Assembly (NCBI RefSeq): GCF_009914755.1
Contig: NC_060937.1
Reading direction: 5' to 3' (one strand)
DNA length: 64,000 nt
Origin: the human T2T-CHM13v2.0 reference genome, Homo sapiens
Shown: one piece after another, positions 10,901 through 23,300 of the stretch
Layout: each line of letters begins with the position of its first letter
Position numbering within the stretch: position 1 is the stretch's first letter
Notes under the pieces: model-generated
What the model saw: only the letters and a program-made list of their open reading frames with translations
Told to the model about the DNA's origin: nothing
Databases searched by the model: none
Position numbers and translations under genes: made by a program

Positions 10901-13900
10901 GTCACAAAGAAGTTTGTGAGAATGCTTCTGTCTAGATTTTGTATGACCATATTCCCTTTTCCAGCGATATCATTAAAGCAATCTAAATATCCATTTGCAG
11001 AATCCACAAAAATAGAGTTTCAAAGCTGCTCTGTAAAAAGAAAGGTTCCACTCTGTTAGCTGAGTACACACATCACAAACTTGTTTCTGAGAATCCTTCT
11101 GTCTCGTTTTTATGGGAAGATATTTACTTTTTCACCGTAGGCATCAAAGCGCTCCAAATGTCCACATCCAGATACTCCAGAAAGAGTGTTTCAAATCTGC
11201 TCTATGAAAGGGAATCTTCAACTCTATGAGTTGAATGCAGACATCAGAAAGAAATTTCTGAGAATGCTGCTGTCTACCTTTTATTTGAACTCCCGCTTCC
11301 AACGAAATCCTCCAAGCTATCCAAATATCCACTTGCATTTTCCACAAAAAGAGTGCTTCAAAACTGCTCTATCAATAAATGTTCAACTCCTTTAGCTGGG
11401 TGCACACATCACAAACAAGTTTCTGAGAATGCTTCTGTCTAGTTTTTATGGGAAGACATTCCCTTTTTCACCAAAGGCATCAAAGCGCTCCAAATGTCCA
11501 CTTCCAGACACTACAAAAAGAGTGTTTCCAACGTGCTCTAAGAAAGCGAATGTTCAACTCTGTGACTTGAATGCAGATATCACAAAGTAGTTTCTGAGAG
11601 GGCTTCTGTCTAGATTTTAGATGATGATATTCCCGTTTCCAACGAAATCATTAGAGCTATCCAAATATCCACTTACAGTTTCTACAAAAAGAGTGTTTCC
11701 AAACTGCTGCATCAAAAGAGAGGTTCCACTCTGTTAGCTGAGTACACACATCACAAACTTGTTTCTCAGAATCCTTCTGTCTCGTTTTTCTGGGAAGATA
11801 TTTACTTTTTCACCGTAGGCATCAAAGCGCTCCAAATGTCCACATCCAGATACTCCAGAAAGAGTGTTTCAAACCTGCTCTATGAAAGGGAATCTTCAAC
11901 TCTATGAGTTGAATGCAGACATCAGAAAGAAATTTCTGAGAATGCTGCTGTCTACCTTTTATTTGAATTCCCGCTTCCAACGAAATCCTCCAAGCTATCC
12001 AAATATCCACTTGCAGATTCCACAAAAAGAGTGTTTCAAAACTGCTCTCTATCAATGGCAAAGTTCAACTCTGTTAGTTGAGGACACATATCACCAACAA
12101 GTTTCTGAGAATGCTTCTGTCTATTTTTTATGGGAAGATATTTCCTTTTTCACCGTAGGCGTCAAGGCGATCGAAATGTCCACTTCCACAAACTACAAAA
12201 AGAGTGTTTCAAACCTGCTCTATGAAAGGCCATGTTCATCTCTATGAGTCGAATGGAAATATCCGAAAGAAATTTCTGGGAATGCTGCTGTCTAGTTTTT
12301 ATACGAATTCCCGCTTCCAACGAAATCCTCAAAGCAATCCAAATATCCACTTGCAGAATCCACAAAAAGAGTGTTTCAAAACTGCTCTATCAATAGAAAG
12401 GTTCAACTCTTTTAGTTGAGTACACACATCACAAACAAGTTTCTGAGAATGCTTCTGTCTGGCTTTTATTGGAAGACGTTTCCTTTTCACCAAAGGCATC
12501 AAAGCGCTCCAAATGTCCACTTCCAGATTCTTCCAAAAGAGTGTTTGAAACGTGCTCAAAGTAAGGGAATGTTCAACTCTGTGACTTGAATGCAGATATC
12601 ACCAAGTAGTTTCTAATAGTGCTTCTGTCTAGATTTTAGATGATGATATTCCCGTTTCCAACGAAATCGTTAGAGCTATCCAAATATCCACTTACAGTTG
12701 CTACAAAAACAGTGTTTCCAAACTGCTGCATCAAAAGAAAGGTTCAACTCTGTTAGTTGAGGACACACGTCACAAAGAAGTTTGTGAGAATGCTTCTGTC
12801 TAGATTTTGTATGACGATATTCCCTTTTCCAACGATATCGTTAAAGCAATCTAAATATCCATTTGCAGAATCCACAAAAATAGAGTTTCAAAGCTGCTCT
12901 GTAAAAAGAAAGGTTCCACTCTGTTAGCTGAGTACACACATCACAAACTTGTTTCTCAGAATCCTTCTGTCTCGTTTTTATGGGAAGATATTTACTTTTT
13001 CACCGTAGGCATCAAAGCGCTCCAAATGTCCACATCCAGATACTCCAGAAAGAGTGTTTCAAACCTGCTCTATGAAAGGGAATCTTCAACTCTATGAGTT
13101 GAATGCAGACATCAGAAAGAAATTTCTGAGAATGCTGCTGTCTACCTTTTATTTGAATTCCCGCTTCCAACGAAATCCTCCAAGCTATCCAAATATCCAC
13201 TTGCAGATTCCACAAAAAGAGTGTTTCAAAACTGCTCTCTATCAATGGCAAAGTTCAACTCTGTTAGTTGAGGACACATATCACCAACAAGTTTCTGAGA
13301 ATGCTTCTGTCTATTTTTTATGGGAAGATATTTCCTTCTTCACCGTAGGCGTCAAGGCGATCGAAATGTCCACTTCCACAAACTACAAAAAGACTGTTTC
13401 AAACCTGCTCTATGAAAGGCCATGTTCATCTCTATGAGTCGAATGGAAATATCCGAAAGAAATTTCTGGGAATGCTGCTGTCTAGTTTTTATACGAATTC
13501 CCGCTTCCAACGAAATCCTCAAAGCAATCCAAATATCCACTTGCAGAATCCACAAAAAGAGTGTTTCAAAACTGCTCTATCAATAGAAAGGTTCAACTCT
13601 TTTAGTTGAGTACACACATCACAAACAAGTTTCTGAGAATGCTTCTGTCTGGCTTTTATTGGAAGACGTTTCCTTTTCACCAAAGGCATCAAAGCGCTCC
13701 AAATGTCCACTTCCAGATTCTTCCAAAAGAGTGTTTGAAACGTGCTCAAAGTAAGGGAATGTTCAACTCTGTGACTTGAATGCAGATATCACCAAGTAGT
13801 TTCTAATAGTGCTTCTGTCTAGATTTTAGATGATGATATTCCCGTTTCCAACGAAATCGTTAGAGCTATCCAAATATCCACTTACAGTTTCTACAAAAAG

Positions 13901-16900
13901 AGTGTTTCCAAACTGCTGCATCAAAAGAAAGGTTCAACTCTGTTAGTTGAGGACACACATCACAAAGAAGTTTGTGAGAATGCTTCTGTCTAGATTTTGT
14001 ATGACCATATTCCCTTTTCCAGCGATATCATTAAAGCAATCTAAATATCCATTTGCAGAATCCACAAAAATAGAGTTTCAAAGCTGCTCTGTAAAAAGAA
14101 AGGTTCCACTCTGTTAGCTGAGTACACACATCACAAACTTGTTTCTCAGAATCCTTCTGTCTCGTTTTTCTGGGAAGATATTTACTTTTTCACCGTAGGC
14201 ATCAAAGCGCTCCAAATGTCCACATCCAGATACTCCAGAAAGAGTGTTTCAAACCTGCTCTATGAAAGGGAATCTTCAACTCTATGAGTTGAATGCAGAC
14301 ATCAGAAAGAAATTTCTGAGAATGCTGCTGTCTACCTTTTATTTGAATTCCCGCTTCCAACGAAATCCTCCAAGCTATCCAAATATCCACCTGCATTTTC
14401 CACAAAAAGAGCGTTTCAAAACTGCTCTATCAATAGAAATGTTCAACTCCTTTGGCTGGGTACACACATCACAAACAAGTTTCTGAGAATGCTTCTGTCT
14501 AGTTTTTATGGGAAGACATTCCCTTTTTCACCAAAGGCATCAAAGCGCTCCAAATGTCCACTTCCAGACACTACAAAAAGAGTGTTTCCAACGTGCTCTA
14601 AGAAAGCGAATGTTCAACTCTGTGACTTGAATGCAGATATCACAAAGTAGTTTCTGAGAGGGCTTCTGTCTAGATTTTAGATGATGATATTCCCGTTTCC
14701 AACGAAATCATTAGAGCTATCCAAATATCCACTTACAGTTTCTACAAAAAGAGTGTTTCCAAACTGCTGCATCAAAAGAGAGGTTCCACTCTGTTAGCTG
14801 AGTACACACATCACAAACTTGTTTCTCAGAATCCTTCTGTCTCGTTTTTCTGGGAAGATATTTACTTTTTCACCGTAGGCATCAAAGCGCTCCAAATGTC
14901 CACATCCAGATACTCCAGAAAGAGTGTTTCAAACCTGCTCTATGAAAGGGAATCTTCAACTCTATGAGTTGAATGCAGACATCAGAAAGAAATTTCTGAG
15001 AATGCTGCTGTCTACCTTTTATTTGAATTCCCGCTTCCAACGAAATCCTCCAAGCTATCCAAATATCCACTTGCAGATTCCACAAAAAGAGTGTTTCAAA
15101 ACTGCTCTCTATCAATGGCAAAGTTCAACTCTGTTAGTTGAGGACACATATCACCAACAAGTTTCTGAGAATGCTTCTGTCTATTTTTTATGGGAAGATA
15201 TTTCCTTTTTCACCGTAGGCGTCAAGGCGATCGAAATGTCCACTTCCACAAACTACAAAAAGAGTGTTTCAAACCTGCTCTATGAAAGGCCATGTTCATC
15301 TCTATGAGTCGAATGGAAATATCCGAAAGAAATTTCTGGGAATGCTGCTGTCTAGTTTTTATACGAATTCCCGCTTCCAACGAAATCCTCAAAGCAATCC
15401 AAATATCCACTTGCAGAATCCACAAAAAGAGTGTTTCAAAACTGCTCTATCAATAGAAAGGTTCAACTCTTTTAGTTGAGTACACACATCACAAACAAGT
15501 TTCTGAGAATGCTTCTGTCTGGCTTTTATTGGAAGACGTTTCCTTTTCACCAAAGGCATCAAAGCGCTCCAAATGTCCACTTCCAGATTCTTCCAAAAGA
15601 GTGTTTGAAACGTGCTCAAAGTAAGGGAATGTTCAACTCTGTGACTTGAATGCAGATATCACCAAGTAGTTTCTAATAGTGCTTCTGTCTAGATTTTAGA
15701 TGATGATATTCCCGTTTCCAACGAAATCGTTAGAGCTATCCAAATATCCACTTACAGTTGCTACAAAAACAGTGTTTCCAAACTGCTGCATCAAAAGAAA
15801 GGTTCAACTCTGTTAGTTGAGGACACACGTCACAAAGAAGTTTGTGAGAATGCTTCTGTCTAGATTTTGTATGACGATATTCCCTTTTCCAACGATATCG
15901 TTAAAGCAATCTAAATATCCATTTGCAGAATCCACAAAAATAGAGTTTCAAAGCTGCTCTGTAAAAAGAAAGGTTCCACTCTGTTAGCTGAGTACACACA
16001 TCACAAACTTGTTTCTCAGAATCCTTCTGTCTCGTTTTTATGGGAAGATATTTACTTTTTCACCGTAGGCATCAAAGCGCTCCAAATGTCCACATCCAGA
16101 TACTCCAGAAAGAGTGTTTCAAACCTGCTCTATGAAAGGGAATCTTCAACTCTATGAGTTGAATGCAGACATCAGAAAGAAATTTCTGAGAATGCTGCTG
16201 TCTACCTTTTATTTGAATTCCCGCTTCCAACGAAATCCTCCAAGCTATCCAAATATCCACTTGCAGATTCCACAAAAAGAGTGTTTCAAAACTGCTCTCT
16301 ATCAATGGCAAAGTTCAACTCTGTTAGTTGAGGACACATATCACCAACAAGTTTCTGAGAATGCTTCTGTCTATTTTTTATGGGAAGATATTTCCTTCTT
16401 CACCGTAGGCGTCAAGGCGATCGAAATGTCCACTTCCACAAACTACAAAAAGACTGTTTCAAACCTGCTCTATGAAAGGCCATGTTCATCTCTATGAGTC
16501 GAATGGAAATATCCGAAAGAAATTTCTGGGAATGCTGCTGTCTAGTTTTTATACGAATTCCCGCTTCCAACGAAATCCTCAAAGCAATCCAAATATCCAC
16601 TTGCAGAATCCACAAAAAGAGTGTTTCAAAACTGCTCTATCAATAGAAAGGTTCAACTCTTTTAGTTGAGTACACACATCACAAACAAGTTTCTGAGAAT
16701 GCTTCTGTCTGGCTTTTATTGGAAGACGTTTCCTTTTCACCAAAGGCATCAAAGCGCTCCAAATGTCCACTTCCAGATTCTTCCAAAAGAGTGTTTGAAA
16801 CGTGCTCAAAGTAAGGGAATGTTCAACTCTGTGACTTGAATGCAGATATCACCAAGTAGTTTCTAATAGTGCTTCTGTCTAGATTTTAGATGATGATATT

Positions 16901-19900
16901 CCCGTTTCCAACGAAATCGTTAGAGCTATCCAAATATCCACTTACAGTTTCTACAAAAAGAGTGTTTCCAAACTGCTGCATCAAAAGAAAGGTTCAACTC
17001 TGTTAGTTGAGGACACACATCACAAAGAAGTTTGTGAGAATGCTTCTGTCTAGATTTTGTATGACCATATTCCCTTTTCCAGCGATATCATTAAAGCAAT
17101 CTAAATATCCATTTGCAGAATCCACAAAAATAGAGTTTCAAAGCTGCTCTGTAAAAAGAAAGGTTCCACTCTGTTAGCTGAGTACACACATCACAAACTT
17201 GTTTCTCAGAATCCTTCTGTCTCGTTTTTCTGGGAAGATATTTACTTTTTCACCGTAGGCATCAAAGCGCTCCAAATGTCCACATCCAGATACTCCAGAA
17301 AGAGTGTTTCAAACCTGCTCTATGAAAGGGAATCTTCAACTCTATGAGTTGAATGCAGACATCAGAAAGAAATTTCTGAGAATGCTGCTGTCTACCTTTT
17401 ATTTGAATTCCCGCTTCCAACGAAATCCTCCAAGCTATCCAAATATCCACCTGCATTTTCCACAAAAAGAGCGTTTCAAAACTGCTCTATCAATAGAAAT
17501 GTTCAACTCCTTTGGCTGGGTACACACATCACAAACAAGTTTCTGAGAATGCTTCTGTCTAGTTTTTATGGGAAGACATTCCCTTTTTCACCAAAGGCAT
17601 CAAAGCGCTCCAAATGTCCACTTCCAGACACTACAAAAAGAGTGTTTCCAACGTGCTCTAAGAAAGCGAATGTTCAACTCTGTGACTTGAATGCAGATAT
17701 CACAAAGTAGTTTCTGAGAGGGCTTCTGTCTAGATTTTAGATGATGATATTCCCGTTTCCAACGAAATCATTAGAGCTATCCAAATATCCACTTACAGTT
17801 TCTACAAAAAGAGTGTTTCCAAACTGCTGCATCAAAAGAGAGGTTCCACTCTGTTAGCTGAGTACACACATCACAAACTTGTTTCTCAGAATCCTTCTGT
17901 CTCGTTTTTCTGGGAAGATATTTACTTTTTCACCGTAGGCATCAAAGCGCTCCAAATGTCCACATCCAGATACTCCAGAAAGAGTGTTTCAAACCTGCTC
18001 TATGAAAGGGAATCTTCAACTCTATGAGTTGAATGCAGACATCAGAAAGAAATTTCTGAGAATGCTGCTGTCTACCTTTTATTTGAATTCCCGCTTCCAA
18101 CGAAATCCTCCAAGCTATCCAAATATCCACTTGCAGATTCCACAAAAAGAGTGTTTCAAAACTGCTCTCTATCAATGGCAAAGTTCAACTCTGTTAGTTG
18201 AGGACACATATCACCAACAAGTTTCTGAGAATGCTTCTGTCTATTTTTTATGGGAAGATATTTCCTTTTTCACCGTAGGCGTCAAGGCGATCGAAATGTC
18301 CACTTCCACAAACTACAAAAAGAGTGTTTCAAACCTGCTCTATGAAAGGCCATGTTCATCTCTATGAGTCGAATGGAAATATCCGAAAGAAATTTCTGGG
18401 AATGCTGCTGTCTAGTTTTTATACGAATTCCCGCTTCCAACGAAATCCTCAAAGCAATCCAAATATCCACTTGCAGAATCCACAAAAAGAGTGTTTCAAA
18501 ACTGCTCTATCAATAGAAAGGTTCAACTCTTTTAGTTGAGTACACACATCACAAACAAGTTTCTGAGAATGCTTCTGTCTGGCTTTTATTGGAAGACGTT
18601 TCCTTTTCACCAAAGGCATCAAAGCGCTCCAAATGTCCACTTCCAGATTCTTCCAAAAGAGTGTTTGAAACGTGCTCAAAGTAAGGGAATGTTCAACTCT
18701 GTGACTTGAATGCAGATATCACCAAGTAGTTTCTAATAGTGCTTCTGTCTAGATTTTAGATGATGATATTCCCGTTTCCAACGAAATCGTTAGAGCTATC
18801 CAAATATCCACTTACAGTTGCTACAAAAACAGTGTTTCCAAACTGCTGCATCAAAAGAAAGGTTCAACTCTGTTAGTTGAGGACACACGTCACAAAGAAG
18901 TTTGTGAGAATGCTTCTGTCTAGATTTTGTATGACCATATTCCCTTTTCCAGCGATATCATTAAAGCAATCTAAATATCCATTTGCAGAATCCACAAAAA
19001 TAGAGTTTCAAAGCTGCTCTGTAAAAAGAAAGGTTCCACTCTGTTAGCTGAGTACACACATCACAAACTTGTTTCTCAGAATCCTTCTGTCTCGTTTTTC
19101 TGGGAAGATATTTACTTTTTCACCGTAGGCATCAAAGCGCTCCAAATGTCCACATCCAGATACTCCAGAAAGAGTGTTTCAAACCTGCTCTATGAAAGGG
19201 AATCTTCAACTCTATGAGTTGAATGCAGACATCAGAAAGAAATTTCTGAGAATGCTGCTGTCTACCTTTTATTTGAATTCCCGCTTCCAACGAAATCCTC
19301 CAAGCTATCCAAATATCCACCTGCATTTTCCACAAAAAGAGCGTTTCAAAACTGCTCTATCAATAGAAATGTTCAACTCCTTTGGCTGGGTACACACATC
19401 ACAAACAAGTTTCTGAGAATGCTTCTGTCTAGTTTTTATGGGAAGACATTCCCTTTTTCACCAAAGGCATCAAAGCGCTCCAAATGTCCACTTCCAGACA
19501 CTACAAAAAGAGTGTTTCCAACGTGCTCTAAGAAAGCGAATGTTCAACTCTGTGACTTGAATGCAGATATCACAAAGTAGTTTCTGAGAGGGCTTCTGTC
19601 TAGATTTTAGATGATGATATTCCCGTTTCCAACGAAATCATTAGAGCTATCCAAATATCCACTTACAGTTTCTACAAAAAGAGTGTTTCCAAACTGCTGC
19701 ATCAAAAGAGAGGTTCCACTCTGTTAGCTGAGTACACACATCACAAACTTGTTTCTCAGAATCCTTCTGTCTCGTTTTTCTGGGAAGATATTTACTTTTT
19801 CACCGTAGGCATCAAAGCGCTCCAAATGTCCACATCCAGATACTCCAGAAAGAGTGTTTCAAACCTGCTCTATGAAAGGGAATCTTCAACTCTATGAGTT

Positions 19901-20396
19901 GAATGCAGACATCAGAAAGAAATTTCTGAGAATGCTGCTGTCTACCTTTTATTTGAATTCCCGCTTCCAACGAAATCCTCCAAGCTATCCAAATATCCAC
20001 TTGCAGATTCCACAAAAAGAGTGTTTCAAAACTGCTCTCTATCAATGGCAAAGTTCAACTCTGTTAGTTGAGGACACATATCACCAACAAGTTTCTGAGA
20101 ATGCTTCTGTCTATTTTTTATGGGAAGATATTTCCTTTTTCACCGTAGGCGTCAAGGCGATCGAAATGTCCACTTCCACAAACTACAAAAAGAGTGTTTC
20201 AAACCTGCTCTATGAAAGGCCATGTTCATCTCTATGAGTCGAATGGAAATATCCGAAAGAAATTTCTGGGAATGCTGCTGTCTAGTTTTTATACGAATTC
20301 CCGCTTCCAACGAAATCCTCAAAGCAATCCAAATATCCACTTGCAGAATCCACAAAAAGAGTGTTTCAAAACTGCTCTATCAATAGAAAGGTTCAA

Positions 20397-23300
20397 CTCT
20401 TTTAGTTGAGTACACACATCACAAACAAGTTTCTGAGAATGCTTCTGTCTGGCTTTTATTGGAAGACGTTTCCTTTTCACCAAAGGCATCAAAGCGCTCC
20501 AAATGTCCACTTCCAGATTCTTCCAAAAGAGTGTTTGAAACGTGCTCAAAGTAAGGGAATGTTCAACTCTGTGACTTGAATGCAGATATCACCAAGTAGT
20601 TTCTAATAGTGCTTCTGTCTAGATTTTAGATGATGATATTCCCGTTTCCAACGAAATCGTTAGAGCTATCCAAATATCCACTTACAGTTGCTACAAAAAC
20701 AGTGTTTCCAAACTGCTGCATCAAAAGAAAGGTTCAACTCTGTTAGTTGAGGACACACGTCACAAAGAAGTTTGTGAGAATGCTTCTGTCTAGATTTTGT
20801 ATGACGATATTCCCTTTTCCAACGATATCGTTAAAGCAATCTAAATATCCATTTGCAGAATCCACAAAAATAGAGTTTCAAAGCTGCTCTGTAAAAAGAA
20901 AGGTTCCACTCTGTTAGCTGAGTACACACATCACAAACTTGTTTCTCAGAATCCTTCTGTCTCGTTTTTCTGGGAAGATATTTACTTTTTCACCGTAGGC
21001 ATCAAAGCGCTCCAAATGTCCACATCCAGATACTCCAGAAAGAGTGTTTCAAACCTGCTCTATGAAAGGGAATCTTCAACTCTATGAGTTGAATGCAGAC
21101 ATCAGAAAGAAATTTCTGAGAATGCTGCTGTCTACCTTTTATTTGAATTCCCGCTTCCAACGAAATCCTCCAAGCTATCCAAATATCCACTTGCAGATTC
21201 CACAAAAAGAGTGTTTCAAAACTGCTCTCTATCAATGGCAAAGTTCAACTCTGTTAGTTGAGGACACATATCACCAACAAGTTTCTGAGAATGCTTCTGT
21301 CTATTTTTTATGGGAAGATATTTCCTTTTTCACCGTAGGCGTCAAGGCGATCGAAATGTCCACTTCCACAAACTACAAAAAGAGTGTTTCAAACCTGCTC
21401 TATGAAAGGCCATGTTCATCTCTATGAATCGAATGGAAATATCCGAAAGAAATTTCTGGGAATGCTGCTGTCTAGTTTTTATACGAATTCCCGCTTCCAA
21501 CGAAATCCTCAAAGCAATCCAAATATCCACTTGCAGAATCCACAAAAAGAGTGTTTCAAAACTGCTCTATCAATAGAAAGGTTCAACTCTTTTAGTTGAG
21601 TACACACATCACAAACAAGTTTCTGAGAATGCTTCTGTCTGGCTTTTATTGGAAGACGTTTCCTTTTCACCAAAGGCATCAAAGCGCTCCAAATGTCCAC
21701 TTCCAGATTCTTCCAAAAGAGTGTTTGAAACGTGCTCAAAGTAAGGGAATGTTCAACTCTGTGACTTGAATGCAGATATCACCAAGTAGTTTCTAATAGT
21801 GCTTCTGTCTAGATTTTAGATGATGATATTCCCGTTTCCAACGAAATCGTTAGAGCTATCCAAATATCCACTTACAGTTGCTACAAAAACAGTGTTTCCA
21901 AACTGCTGCATCAAAAGAAAGGTTCAACTCTGTTAGTTGAGGACACACGTCACAAAGAAGTTTGTGAGAATGCTTCTGTCTAGATTTTGTATGACGATAT
22001 TCCCTTTTCCAACGATATCGTTAAAGCAATCTAAATATCCATTTGCAGAATCCACAAAAATAGAGTTTCAAAGCTGCTCTGTAAAAAGAAAGGTTCCACT
22101 CTGTTAGCTGAGTACACACATCACAAACTTGTTTCTCAGAATCCTTCTGTCTCGTTTTTCTGGGAAGATATTTACTTTTTCACCGTAGGCATCAAAGCGC
22201 TCCAAATGTCCACATCCAGATACTCCAGAAAGAGTGTTTCAAACCTGCTCTATGAAAGGGAATCTTCAACTCTATGAGTTGAATGCAGACATCAGAAAGA
22301 AATTTCTGAGAATGCTGCTGTCTACCTTTTATTTGAATTCCCGCTTCCAACGAAATCCTCCAAGCTATCCAAATATCCACTTGCAGATTCCACAAAAAGA
22401 GTGTTTCAAAACTGCTCTCTATCAATGGCAAAGTTCAACTCTGTTAGTTGAGGACACATATCACCAACAAGTTTCTGAGAATGCTTCTGTCTATTTTTTA
22501 TGGGAAGATATTTCCTTTTTCACCGTAGGCGTCAAGGCGATCGAAATGTCCACTTCCACAAACTACAAAAAGAGTGTTTCAAACCTGCTCTATGAAAGGC
22601 CATGTTCATCTCTATGAGTCGAATGGAAATATCCGAAAGAAATTTCTGGGAATGCTGCTGTCTAGTTTTTATACGAATTCCCGCTTCCAACGAAATCCTC
22701 AAAGCAATCCAAATATCCACTTGCAGAATCCACAAAAAGAGTGTTTCAAAACTGCTCTATCAATAGAAAGGTTCAACTCTTTTAGTTGAGTACACACATC
22801 ACAAACAAGTTTCTGAGAATGCTTCTGTCTGGCTTTTATTGGAAGACGTTTCCTTTTCACCAAAGGCATCAAAGCGCTCCAAATGTCCACTTCCAGATTC
22901 TTCCAAAAGAGTGTTTGAAACGTGCTCAAAGTAAGGGAATGTTCAACTCTGTGACTTGAATGCAGATATCACCAAGTAGTTTCTAATAGTGCTTCTGTCT
23001 AGATTTTAGATGATGATATTCCCGTTTCCAACGAAATCGTTAGAGCTATCCAAATATCCACTTACAGTTGCTACAAAAACAGTGTTTCCAAACTGCTGCA
23101 TCAAAAGAAAGGTTCAACTCTGTTAGTTGAGGACACACGTCACAAAGAAGTTTGTGAGAATGCTTCTGTCTAGATTTTGTATGACGATATTCCCTTTTCC
23201 AACGATATCGTTAAAGCAATCTAAATATCCATTTGCAGAATCCACAAAAATAGAGTTTCAAAGCTGCTCTGTAAAAAGAAAGGTTCCACTCTGTTAGCTG

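Larger units (their letters stand above)
1..20396 (-). repeat. Mixed 11-mer/7-mer HOR domain, order 11,11(-2),7,11,11,11,11(-2),7,11,7,11,11
   Basis: Unit starts at 1, 1871, 3739, 4929, 6799, 8669, 10539, 12407, 13597, 15467, 16657 and 18527, derived from the spacing of the once-per-HOR 76-aa ORF anchor (1870, 1868 or 1190 bp). Confidence 0.95.
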
